Positions 43,637 to 54,600 of a stretch of 63,744 nt of DNA are shown here, in pieces. Under the pieces are notes generated by a model, which saw only the letters and a program-made list of their open reading frames with translations, did not search any database and was not told where the DNA came from. Source of the DNA: Candidatus Aenigmatarchaeota archaeon (GTDB taxonomy: Archaea > Aenigmatarchaeota > Aenigmatarchaeia > PWEA01). The translations under genes were made by a program, and so were the position numbers. The first letter of the stretch is position 1. Each line of letters opens with the position of its first letter. The stretch covers positions 1-63,744 of the forward strand of contig PWEA01000035.1 in the NCBI GenBank assembly GCA_003553905.1, given 5' to 3'.

Positions 43637-45622
43637 ATGCCAAACCGCGTCAAAGTATCTTCAGAGAAGGATATGAGTAAATTAAAAGAAAGGTGCGGCG
43701 CAAAGTTCGAGAATGTTCTAAAGCTTCTAGGGAGTAAAGACAAGCAAAAAATAAAGGACGGGAAGGTGGACTTCTATTATGATTTCAGGTCGCTTGTGCC
43801 TCCTTCGCCCGAGGAAGTCATAGGTTTTCTTTATAATCAGAAGGAAAAACTGATCGTTGCAACCCCCAAAAGACTCTACACCATAAAACCGAAGGATTTA
43901 AAGAGCCCGAAGCTCTTCGCTGGGTCACTTGCAAAGGAAATAAGGAAAAGGAATATGCACGAAGGCGTGAAACAGTACGGAAGCTTTGATGATATGATGG
44001 GTGGGTGGCTCGGTGAAATAGAGAGATCGAATTCTCTTATGTTGTTCATGAGGGAAATACCGGACATCGGAAGAACCAGACCCAGAAGAACAGAGGCGAG
44101 GCCTTCAGAACCGTCTGACAAGGAAGAGCTCAAGAAGTATGAGGGGAAAACCTCTAAGAAGAGGCCGTTGGTAGATCTTCAAAAAACAAGTTCAAAAACT
44201 GCGTCAGAGGTTTATTACCATGGAGACCAGGAAAGGGGCTTAAGGATTGTTGGAGAAGGTAAAAGGCTTGAACATAAAAAAGAGCTTCAACCAGGATTTG
44301 AAAAAAGAAATCTAGATGGAATCTGGTTCAATATTTCCCCGGAAGTGAACGAAGTTCTCTATCATGTGTATGGCAAAGACGGTACAGAACCTCTTTTCAG
44401 AATTTTAAAGGAAACAGAAGTTTGGGAAAACTTTGCACAACTTGCGAAAAAAAGAGGACTTGAAGAAATAAATGTCGAACCAACATATAAATCACCAGGA
44501 ACATCTTCTACGGGTGGTGGACAGGGCTCACATATACTCACAAAACAGGCAAAGGAAATTTCTCAAGGTCAAAGACGCGAGGCGGATTTGTTCTATAATA
44601 CAACCAATCAAGAAATCATTGAATCGGATGAAAAGAGCTTGGCTGGTAAAGCAGGAGAGCCAGCAGAAATAATAATACATGAAATATCACATCTTGTAAC
44701 AAAAATCGAGGAGTTTGAAAAGGACAGGACTGCAACAAGAACAGCATCAAGATTCGGAGATGCCTATAGATGCTACTACTGCGGCGAGGAATTTGCATTT
44801 TATAATGATTTTATAGAACACGCAGAAAATGAACATGAAGGTATAGAAGCTGAGAGCATACTGAAAAACGACAGCAGAAGAAGAAACATGATGAACAATG
44901 CCGAAGAATACATTGCAGATATGGGATACCTAATTAAGAATCTTCGTTATTCGTACACAAGGTTTTGGGAAAATGCATACGAAGAAGGGATATCAGTACT
45001 ACAGGAAAAGGGTATAGAAAATTTGGATATGTCCAAAGCATCGCGATTAATGAACAAAGATCTAAGAAGGGGCTTTGAAAAAGATGTAGAATCACTAAAC
45101 ACTGCATTATCTAACACAGAAGAAGTAATCGATATGCTGTTAGAAGAAGTTGACGATGGGATGACACCAGATAGGCTCAATGAATACAATCAAATACTTA
45201 AAAAGTTCATAGATATTTTAGTTGGCACAAAAGAAAAGCGAGGAAGATTCCAAAGCAGAGCTATTTACACTATAGGTTTTGTAGCCATGACAGCTTATAT
45301 TGCTATCACGAATGCCAATCTCAGAGATGTAATGGACATGGGGGCACGTACCTTTTGGAAAGATTTTAGAATAAAATGGGAAAGAATGGAGAATAGCTCT
45401 GAAATGGATTTAGGTCGTTTTCTCAGTAAAGAACGGAGTCACGATGTGTTCTATAGAGTCGATGAAATTTACAAAGTTTATCTCACAGGTGTCGAAACCA
45501 TAAGAAAGGCAGAGAAAGTACGTAAAAAATACCAAAGAAAGATGCCATGTCCTAAATGCAATAGACTTTGTGATGAAAACTGGAAAGTATGTGTGTATTG
45601 TGGTGAAAAGATAATAAGATAA
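43637..45622 (+). CDS. 661-aa protein with a HEXXH motif, C2H2 zinc finger and C-terminal zinc ribbon; unknown function
   Basis: IIIHEISHLV lies at 44678-44692, YRCYYCGEEFAFYNDFIEHAENEH at 44771-44836, and CPKCNRLCDENWKVCVYCG at the C-terminus. The gene is divergent from the island operon. Confidence 0.75.
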   Translation: MPNRVKVSSEKDMSKLKERCGAKFENVLKLLGSKDKQKIKDGKVDFYYDFRSLVPPSPEEVIGFLYNQKEKLIVATPKRLYTIKPKDLKSPKLFAGSLAKEIRKRNMHEGVKQYGSFDDMMGGWLGEIERSNSLMLFMREIPDIGRTRPRRTEARPSEPSDKEELKKYEGKTSKKRPLVDLQKTSSKTASEVYYHGDQERGLRIVGEGKRLEHKKELQPGFEKRNLDGIWFNISPEVNEVLYHVYGKDGTEPLFRILKETEVWENFAQLAKKRGLEEINVEPTYKSPGTSSTGGGQGSHILTKQAKEISQGQRREADLFYNTTNQEIIESDEKSLAGKAGEPAEIIIHEISHLVTKIEEFEKDRTATRTASRFGDAYRCYYCGEEFAFYNDFIEHAENEHEGIEAESILKNDSRRRNMMNNAEEYIADMGYLIKNLRYSYTRFWENAYEEGISVLQEKGIENLDMSKASRLMNKDLRRGFEKDVESLNTALSNTEEVIDMLLEEVDDGMTPDRLNEYNQILKKFIDILVGTKEKRGRFQSRAIYTIGFVAMTAYIAITNANLRDVMDMGARTFWKDFRIKWERMENSSEMDLGRFLSKERSHDVFYRVDEIYKVYLTGVETIRKAEKVRKKYQRKMPCPKCNRLCDENWKVCVYCGEKIIR

Positions 45623-45674
45623 TCATCCCCGTGAACACAGCATATTGAACATTGCACAGGCTACCTGCTAATAG

Positions 45675-45680
45675 TTTTTT
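45675..45680 (+). terminator. Oligo-T tract (possible archaeal terminator)
   Basis: A TTTTTT run lies about 50 nt downstream of the stop at 45622, in the convergent intergenic region. Confidence 0.3.
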
Positions 45681-45692
45681 CAACCTTTGTTT

Positions 45693-46217
45693 CTAAGGCT
45701 TGTACTCGTCCTTTCTCTTGAGCTTAGCACTGTTAATGCCGCTAAAGTACTCGTCCACGGCCCTATCGTCCTTGTTTTCTATTGATTCAATCTTTCCTTC
45801 CAATCTCTCGTCCAGCTTCTTTTCAATTATTGAATCGCCACCTGACATTTCATCCCTGAGCTCAGCCTTCCTTCTTTCGGCCCATTCTCCATAATCCTCG
45901 CGCCGGACCTGATCTTCCATTGGTTTGTTAGGGTCGTATCCCCTGTTCTTCTTCTCTTCCTTCAGATCGTCTTCCACAGGAATAAAACCAAGAATCTTAC
46001 TTGTTATACTTGATCTTGGTTTGTTGATACCCGCCTGATTTTTGTCACTATAAAGAGATTTCTCGGCGTCTATTATATCTTCTTCGTTTGCTAGCGGTCC
46101 AGTCCCGTTGGTTACAGCATCAATGGTTTCTCCTGCATCCATGGCGTCCCAGTAACCAATCTTCTTTTTTATCTTATCGAAACCAAGTTCCACAAGAGGA
46201 CCTTTTTTATTAGACAT
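45693..46217 (-). CDS. Hypothetical acidic soluble protein (174 aa)
   Basis: The ORF is clean. A TATA-like GTTTAAATACC lies about 39 nt upstream on the minus strand (plus-strand 46248-46265). I recognise no motif. Confidence 0.6.
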   Translation of the reverse strand: MSNKKGPLVELGFDKIKKKIGYWDAMDAGETIDAVTNGTGPLANEEDIIDAEKSLYSDKNQAGINKPRSSITSKILGFIPVEDDLKEEKKNRGYDPNKPMEDQVRREDYGEWAERRKAELRDEMSGGDSIIEKKLDERLEGKIESIENKDDRAVDEYFSGINSAKLKRKDEYKP

Positions 46218-46326
46218 TTATTTCACCCCAAAGTAAACTTTGTTCTAGAGGTATTTAAACTTTTGCTTTTTTAACTACGATTTAGTAAAAACAAAATAAA
46301 CTTAGTCAACTGTACATCCGAAACCA

Positions 46327-47523
46327 TCAAAAGGCTACGTTGAAATCAGAAAGATAAAATCCTCCTTCGCCGACAACAACAAATTCCAGTTTGTTTTCAC
46401 CGATTGCGACATCTTCCTCTTCTAGGGATACCACCACAGTTTTACCTTCCTTCAAAACCTCTTGTATAAGTACCCTATTCTTTTCTCCTTCGGCCGTTGT
46501 GATATCCATGTGAAGGTACTCGGGGGTTCCTTCTATCCTATCTATATGGAAGCTTATCTCCCCTGGTAACCTGTTATAATCAACCGAACTGACCTCTATA
46601 GTCTTTATTGGTCTCCTGATGTCTTCTGTCTCCCAGAAGTACACCATTTTAGCCGAGTTGAAGCTATATAACGAATCGACTTCGGTGAACAAAGTCAAAG
46701 TATTTTCCCCTTCGTACATAGGGATATCCTCGAAGTCTATCCACATAGATCTTCTGTCCGGCACAGCCGAAGTCTGTCTATAGACATCCCTCCCATTGGC
46801 CTGGATAACAAGCGGGCTTTGAGCATCGAACTCCCTGGGATCTAGAACAAGTCTACCCATCAAAAAGTTGTCTGCCTGGTCTCTGTCCAGAGAAAATGAG
46901 AATGTTCTGTCCTTCCTTTCAAGAATATCTGCCTTTATTCGGAAATCCTCCAGTATGTACACAGTCGGAGCCCAGAATCTCCAGCCGGAGGATCCTGCAG
47001 AAATCTCCATCATGTTGTTTTGCTCAAGCAAAGACTGGTTTATATCAAAGCTGTAGGATCTTCCACCGTCGGGGTAGCCAGAATATATCTCCTCGTCGTT
47101 TAGAACTATATACATCTCATCAAGATGGTTTGTATCGTGCACGTAGAAATCCATCTCCATGGATGTCATCTTATCCAGCTGGTCTTTGGTTAGATCAAAC
47201 TCTATATACTGTGGCTCGTTGGAGAAGATGCCGCGTTTTATCTCGGTTCTATTAATATCGCCTATAATCCTCTCTTCGTCACGAAACGTGATATCGAACT
47301 GTTTATCCGTAAGACCCACGTGCTTGTAGTCTGTGCCTTCTATCCACCCAACGAAGAACTGATCATCAGGATACTCGACCGCGGGGGGTTCATCCGGATC
47401 CTCGTCATCAACAGGAAACCTGTCTCTATCCGGTCTTGTATCAAAGTCTACCTCACCGCCGAAGATAGCAAGTAGAACTCCGAATAGAACAATAGCAACA
47501 ATCAAAACCTTTGCGAACTCCAT
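46327..47523 (-). CDS. Single-pass (N-terminal anchor) envelope protein, 398 aa, beta-rich acidic ectodomain
   Basis: The N-terminal helix is MEFAKVLIVAIVLFGVLLAIFGG, followed by an acidic Pro-rich linker and a beta-rich domain. I recognise no family. Confidence 0.7.
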   Translation of the reverse strand: MEFAKVLIVAIVLFGVLLAIFGGEVDFDTRPDRDRFPVDDEDPDEPPAVEYPDDQFFVGWIEGTDYKHVGLTDKQFDITFRDEERIIGDINRTEIKRGIFSNEPQYIEFDLTKDQLDKMTSMEMDFYVHDTNHLDEMYIVLNDEEIYSGYPDGGRSYSFDINQSLLEQNNMMEISAGSSGWRFWAPTVYILEDFRIKADILERKDRTFSFSLDRDQADNFLMGRLVLDPREFDAQSPLVIQANGRDVYRQTSAVPDRRSMWIDFEDIPMYEGENTLTLFTEVDSLYSFNSAKMVYFWETEDIRRPIKTIEVSSVDYNRLPGEISFHIDRIEGTPEYLHMDITTAEGEKNRVLIQEVLKEGKTVVVSLEEEDVAIGENKLEFVVVGEGGFYLSDFNVAF

Positions 47524-47579
47524 CTTATCACTTATATTAATTAACCGACTATTAAAATATTTATATGTAGGTGTAACCT

Positions 47580-48605
47580 TTGAAAATTCTCCATAGAGAC
47601 AAGAAAGATGGTGTGCTTAAGCTTAAACTGGAGAATCCCAACGATATATGGGAACTAGAGAATGTACTGAAGGAAGGTGATTTTATAGGCGCGAAGACTC
47701 TCCGAAGGAAGATGATCCAAAGAAAGGATGGCCAGGAAAAGGGTGAAAAGAGGCCAGTATACTTGACGATAGAACTTGAAAAAATAAAGTTCCACGAACA
47801 CACGGGGAACCTACGTCTTACAGGACCAATCGTAGGCGGGCCTGATGATGTAGACATGGACAGCTATCATACTATAAAGGCGGAGCCGGGCAAGGTTCTT
47901 TCGGTTACAAAAAAGGACGGATGGAAACAATGGGAACTGGAAACCATAAAAAGAGCCTACAGAAAGCCTCCAAAGGTTCTCGTTTGTGTACTTGACAGAA
48001 ACAGCGCAACAATAGCAAAGGTGGAAAGTAGTGTTGAAATCATATCGAAAATAGATTCGGGAATATCAGGAAAACAGTACGAAGCGGAGTACAAAGACAG
48101 ATACATTGGAGATATACTTTCCACAATGAAGAGGAAGGCAGATGATTATGAAAAAATAATAATTGCAGGTCCTGGTTTCATGAAGGAAGAGCTCATGTCC
48201 AGAATAGAGGATGGGGATCTGGAAGATAAGGTGGTCAAAGACAGTATTTCCCAAACAGGTGAAACAGGAATACAGGAAGTCATAAAAAGAGGTACCGTAG
48301 AAAGGATTGCAAGGAATTCAAGGATCTCGGAGGAGACAGGTAAGATAGAAGAGGTTTTTGAGGAACTTTCGAAAAACACGGGCAAGGTAGCATATGGTAA
48401 GGACGAGGTGAAAAGGGCAGTGGAACTGGGAGCAGTAAAAAGGGCAGTGGTTTCTAAAAAATTCATAAAGAGCAATCAGGAGCTAATAGAAAAAATCGAG
48501 GAAAGGGGAGGAGAGGTAACAATATGTTCAGAAAGACACGAATCAGGTGAAAAGCTCGGTGGCATTGGTGGCATAGCAGCGATATTAAGATATAAAATAG
48601 ACTAG
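47580..48605 (+). CDS. pelA: Pelota (aDom34) ribosome-rescue factor
   Basis: The N-terminus is MKILHRDKKDGVLKLKLENPNDIWELENVL, followed by central and eRF1-like C-terminal domains. The start is TTG. Confidence 0.9.
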   Translation: MKILHRDKKDGVLKLKLENPNDIWELENVLKEGDFIGAKTLRRKMIQRKDGQEKGEKRPVYLTIELEKIKFHEHTGNLRLTGPIVGGPDDVDMDSYHTIKAEPGKVLSVTKKDGWKQWELETIKRAYRKPPKVLVCVLDRNSATIAKVESSVEIISKIDSGISGKQYEAEYKDRYIGDILSTMKRKADDYEKIIIAGPGFMKEELMSRIEDGDLEDKVVKDSISQTGETGIQEVIKRGTVERIARNSRISEETGKIEEVFEELSKNTGKVAYGKDEVKRAVELGAVKRAVVSKKFIKSNQELIEKIEERGGEVTICSERHESGEKLGGIGGIAAILRYKID

Positions 48606-51600
48606 AAATAGATATAAGGCTCTCCGTTCTTCAGTCTCACCACACCTTCAATAGTACCCGTGCCCCTGTGATCACCGCTTGATGTAACACCATTGACTGT
48701 TCCTGTGCCGTCTGAAATCTTGTACTTGACAACACCGTTCATCTCTTTAACCGGACGGACCCTTCCGGAAACAGTTACTCTTCTGTTTGCAAATCTATTC
48801 GGATTCTTTTTTATTGTCCGTATCGGAGCTTTACCGTTCATCAAAGAAGATTTTTTGCTTTTGTTCCTGCTCCTGTTGGTACTGTCTGTTTTATTGTCAA
48901 AGCTGTATGGGCTTTTACTCTTCTTCCCTCCGATGAAAAGCCAGGCAAGGGAGATTAAAATAGGTATCGCTATTATTACAGCAAGGATCCACCACAGTGG
49001 TGTAAACATCCTGTCATCCTCTTTTTCCAGGGTGAAATCTACGCCGTACGTTTCACCAGACATCACAAACTGTGTTTTTTCCATCACGGAATGGCCATCG
49101 ACATCATCAACAACTATCCAATATTCATAGTCCGGTTCAACCGAATGGAACCTGTAATATCCATCGGTTATCCTTACCGATTCGACCGGCTCCTCTGTAA
49201 AGTCATCCGACCTGTAAAGATCGACTGTACCCTCGTCAACAGGACTACCCATGTGGTCGTAGACGTTCCCCTCTACAGTTCCCATAACTTCTCTATCAAC
49301 TACTCTGTCTTCCTTCATACCGGATACAGAGAAATGGGAGAAGTCAAAAACAGAGGCTTTGTATCTATTGAAGTTGTCCACTCCTTCGATTTCGGTGGTC
49401 CGTAGCTCTTCCCATCTATCCATCTCTCTCCACAGGCCTATATCCTCTTCATCTTCTATCCTTCCTCTGTCTAGCTCAAAGAAGAAGGTCACGTATTCGA
49501 CATCATCCTTGATGTTTGTGTCCACATCCCATCTTTCCTTCTCATCAAGCTCGTGGCCCTCCTTTGATGGATACGTATCAAAGGGACCCTCTAAATCGTC
49601 TATTCCAATCCATCCGTCTGAAATACTGTTTTTTGCTTTTATCTCTATCTTATACAGTGCGATGGACGAATCGTCTATCTCTATTGTTCTTGTATCGCCA
49701 TCGTCGATACGGATCTCTTCAATGCGTACAGTTTCGTCTGCCTCATCACCGTCTATGACTATATATTTTCCATCATCATCATCGCTTGGACCAGCATATC
49801 CACCCCCGCCTCCACCACCAGTACCTGTATCATCCTCTTCCTCTGCTGTTGTAAATTCCCATTGCTCAGAGGTCGTAGTTGCCACTCCGTCGCTGACCTC
49901 AACGTACCATCCATAGGTCTCGTCATGATCAAGTCCCGTCCATTCGATACCGGCTCTTTCTCCGGACCCAACGTTGACGTCTTCCGCAATAATATCATCC
50001 GTTTCTTTGTCGTAAAACACAACATCTAGGGTTTCATCATCGTGATTGTTCTCTACTGTGACTGAAAGTCCCGGAGATGTTGAAACTCCAGTTGCACCGT
50101 CCTCCGGTGAAGGATCAGAATAACCTGGCGGTATCCTTGGCATTTCTATAGCTGCGGAACTTTCAAGACCCGTTATCTCATAACTATCGCCGTTGACTTC
50201 ACAACCAATACCGTCCACTGGACCTTCGCCACATGTTATGAGATGCTCGGCATCGCCACTACAGTCATCGGTAATTTCACCTATGTCATCTATCTCGGCA
50301 TCCTTAACACAGAGAGAAGAGCTGCTATCAAATATCCACTCGTTGCGGTCCATGTACAAGGTCTTGTTTTCGTTATCCAGACCACCGTCCTCTAAATTAA
50401 CACCGGAGACTCTAACCCAGTTCCTTGGATCATCGTTGTAGTCCTTTTCCCCTGTATAAACTTCGATTCTATCCCCATAGTTGTCAGATGACTGATCGAC
50501 ATTGATAACCTGGAACTGGTGATCAAGCGTAAGATTCCAGTTGAACTCCACAATCGTGTCAGATCCATCACCTATTTCTATTGGAACTTTTCCTTCTTCT
50601 GCATTCTCTTCAGCCTCATCCAGGTCGGTAAAGGAATCTACAGTAATGTTAGGTACATCAAGATTTCCTCCTAGCCATGTGCTGTCTCCTATTATCCTCA
50701 GGCTTTCGTTGTAACTTTCGCTTATAGGAAGACCATCGTTCTCCGGATCTAAAATCCTGTTCTGTATAAATACCGGTGTATTCTTGTCCAGAGTTAAATT
50801 TCTGAAATTAAGTCCCTCGACCATAAGTTCTACTAAACCATCGGGTTTGCTGAAGGTCTCATTCAAATCTATAGGATTCGAATAATCGATGTGCGGAACG
50901 CCATTTATATCCACAAACTCTAACTCATCGCCTGCTTTGTTTAGTATGTGAACGGGATAAAACCTTGTTATCTCACCCTTAACTTCATCGACGCTACCTA
51001 TGGTAATGTTACCCTTGATTGAAGGACTGCCGTGTTCATCGGAAGCCACAAGTACACCAATCTCCGAAGAATCTCCGTAGGACATCAGTTCAGCAGAACC
51101 TCTCAAGTCCAATAGCTCAACATAAGATTCATTTAGATCAACATTACCCGAAGTTCTTAATCTTCCACGGACTTCAGAATCCGTGCTGTTGATATAATTC
51201 GCATATCTTCCGTCCAGCTCGTCTACCAGAGAACCCACCATATCCACAGTAGAATCACTGCCCATGGTAAGGTTTATTTCATTGATAGAAGTGCTTATTA
51301 AATCAAGAGTGCCGCTGTCTGTATCAAACACTCCATCCACACTGCTACCCTGGCCGAGGTCGATATAAGAATCCTCGTTTTCACCAACGTGGATAATAGC
51401 TCCGTCGATGATGTATGAATTCTCTATAGTACCCTGGCCCTTTATGAATTCAACAGTTTTCACAACAGAGTTGACAACATCAACAGTCGTTCCGTTTATA
51501 ATCAGATTTTCAACTGTATTAGGACTGTCTTCGATTCTGAACTCTGAGTTATCCTCAACCACCACATCGTCGAATGAAGAGTTCCAGGCAGTTACAGAAC

Positions 51601-54600
51601 TCTCGTCCTGTATGTAAACTGTCTCAGTGAAGCTACTGTCTTTGATATATCCTGTACTCTGATCAGTAAAGTATACAGGCATATCCAAATCGAGGCCTGT
51701 CATATTTATTGTGGTGTCACCGAGGACCTTTATCTCATCCAAGTCTTCAATCAACTCATTGTTCGGGGCTCCACATATCGCCGTCTCTTCCTGATCAATC
51801 TCCCACGTACCTGATTCAGGTGGATTACAGTAGTCATCCGTGACGGTCAAGGTAAACTCGTTGGTTGGTTGCTCTACACCATAGGTATCATTGGCAAAGA
51901 ATGTGATGTTTCTGGCTCCACTCCAGTGGTCATCTGGTATGAATGTGACCCGGGGTTCTTCGTAATACTCAAAGAGTGTTATATCCTTCCATTCTGAAAG
52001 TGAGCTGACGTTATGTGCAAGGTCACCGGCCTGTGGATTCTGCTCGAGAACTACCTCCATTATATCTGCATCCTCTTCAGTTGTATACGTGTATTCCAAC
52101 TCGCTCCAGTTCTCCGTGGCATCTACACTATATTTCTGGGATCCAACTATATTGTCGGAACTATCGTATGTTCTGAACATAACACCGTAGTCAAACTCGG
52201 CTGGATCTGTGTTGTTTGCTCTATGACTTAGTCCTAACTCATACTCTGTACTACCGTCAACCGTAAAGTTCTGGGAAAGTGTTATGTTTTCTGAGACACC
52301 TGAATCAACATATACCTCGGCGTTGTCCTTGTTTCTATCAAACACAACCGAACTATTAACGTCTTCTGTTATATTCCACACAGAAAGTTCTTTGAAACGT
52401 CCATCCACTAGACTTACGTCTATATTTTCTGGATCCGTATGTCTGTAGGTTGTAGAGTCGACTGTATTTACAAAATGTTCGGCCAGATGCACTGCTTCTT
52501 CGTTTTTAGTATTCTCTATCCATTCCTGGTCTTCTATTGGATTACTGCTGTTGAACCATGAGTGCCTGTTGACAAAAAACCTTGTACTGTTTAAAGCAAT
52601 ATTTCCAACTGAATCATATGCAGCGTACGTTACGGTATACTCACCGTCGGAAAGTTCTGAAATATTTACAAAGGCCTCCCAGCTTTCCGTATCTCCGTAC
52701 CCTTCGGCCGTTATATTCTTATTCAAAGACGGGAAGTGAGTAGATCCGTTAGAGACTCCCATCCCTGCATACACAAAGTCTTCTATATCAGTGGTTATGT
52801 TGAAACTGTCCTGGAAGTAACTACCGTTAACATGTCCTTCTGTATCTACTGTAATATTAGGTGGTATCTTATCGAGCTCGAAGGTCCTTGTTTTAGTCGA
52901 GGTGTGTCCGTATGCATCTTCTGCTTCCACAGTAAAGTTATACTCTCCTGAATCAATGTCTTCCGTATCCCAGTCGTATGTATAGTTACCTGAATGCTCG
53001 TCTCCAATCGTCATTTCCAAACTTCCGCTTTCAACAACCTCCTCATTACTATCGGTTATATTGAAAGCTTGTGTATCCACTCCTCCGGGATAGTCTGTTA
53101 TATTAACACTGAATCTATCATTTGGTCCGAACTTACCCTGTCTTTCGCTGTAGTCGAGTTCTTCTGGATGATAGATCTTTATTGTGGGTGCGCTGTGGTC
53201 AACTACAAGGTCTACCTCCATGTTTTTATCCGGCGAATCGTGCTCATAATACGGACCTCTGCAAGCAATGTAGTATGTGTAGATACTCTCATCTAGATCC
53301 GGAATCCTACAGGTTTGGTTGTACCCACTGTCACCGGTAGCATTACACTTGCCCCCTGCCTCCACGTTGGTTTCGTCATATTCCTCTTCAAAATCCTCCT
53401 TCATATTTGCAAATGTGGTGTCGTAATCTCTAGAATAATAACACGTGATTTCCCTATTCCCTTCTACAGTTATATTGGTATAACCATCATCAATGTCGTC
53501 AAGCCATCCGTCCTCTGTATAGGTATCGTTCTCTACGGACACTACCTCGGTCTCGAGCTTAGTTTGATTGTAGTATGTTATAGGTTGGCTTGAAGTTACA
53601 TTGCTTTGGTAACCATGTTTGTCTATGGCCTTTACGCTGAAATAATACTCTTCTTGATCTTCTAGCTCAAACGATTCTTCAACATATGTGTCAAGCCCAC
53701 TACTGACCCAGCCATCTGTGAGATTATCCCACCCTTCTTCTCCGTAGATATCAACACCAGCGGCATATTCATACCTTTCAATACCCACGGAAGAGTAGCT
53801 ATCCGTCCAGTTTGCCCACAGCACAGGATCCGTGTGCACTGAACCGGGCACAGTGATATTAACAGATGTAGGTGGTTCGGAAGGCTCATCTTGTTCGACA
53901 AACTTCATCGATCCGCTTACTCCAATCTCACTCCAACGGTCCCATTTGTATCTCTTGTATCTGACCTCGAATACGTAACTGGTGTGGTTTATCAGATCTA
54001 GCTTATCTGTTGTCAAATTGGTATCAGTTCTTTCTTGTAGATTAGCTCCAATCCAGTCGGTTATATAGTCACTACTTTCTTCTTCCTTGACCCTGTACTC
54101 TAGGCTCCATATATCGTCGTACTCCACACTCCAGTTAAGGAAAAGGTTTCTGTCATAAACTACGCTACCTTCGCGATACACTTCTGGAGGCTCCAACCTA
54201 CCTGTCCAGACTTCAAAACCTGTACGACTAGAAGTACCTTTGTTTCCTATGATGTCCTCAGCAGAGAAAGTTATATTGTACTCCCCTTCTTCCATGTATA
54301 CATCTACTTCGCAGCTGTACTTTTCACCAGAAACACACTCAACGGTTTCATTAACGTTCTGCAGATAATCAAACTGGCTACTGTTGTATGAATAATACTC
54401 GCTATTACCCGCGGAGTCCGTAATATTTACAAGGATACTGTTAGGATCTGTTCCTATGTCATCGCTTACAGTGAAATTCCATTTGTTTTGTTTATCACTT
54501 GAACCGTCCGGAACCTGCGATATATCTATATAAGGACCGTAGGCATCATAGTATACATCTCCTTCGAAGATCACGCCGTTACCTGCCGTGTTGTTTCCTC

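Noticed and set aside
35686-47579. The idea that the envelope island is an integrated mobile element targeted to tRNA-Val.
   Set aside because: The island starts 37 nt after tRNA-Val. However, I found no direct repeat of the tRNA 3' end at 47.5 kb or elsewhere, and no integrase, transposase or phage-like genes. A compositional check by computation would still be worthwhile.
49799-49825. The Gly7 run (GGGGGGG) as a slippage-prone, phase-variable tract.
   Set aside because: The Gly codons are mixed (the coding strand reads GGT GGT GGA GGC GGG GGT GGA), so there is no long homopolymer or perfect short tandem repeat. It is more likely a flexible hinge.
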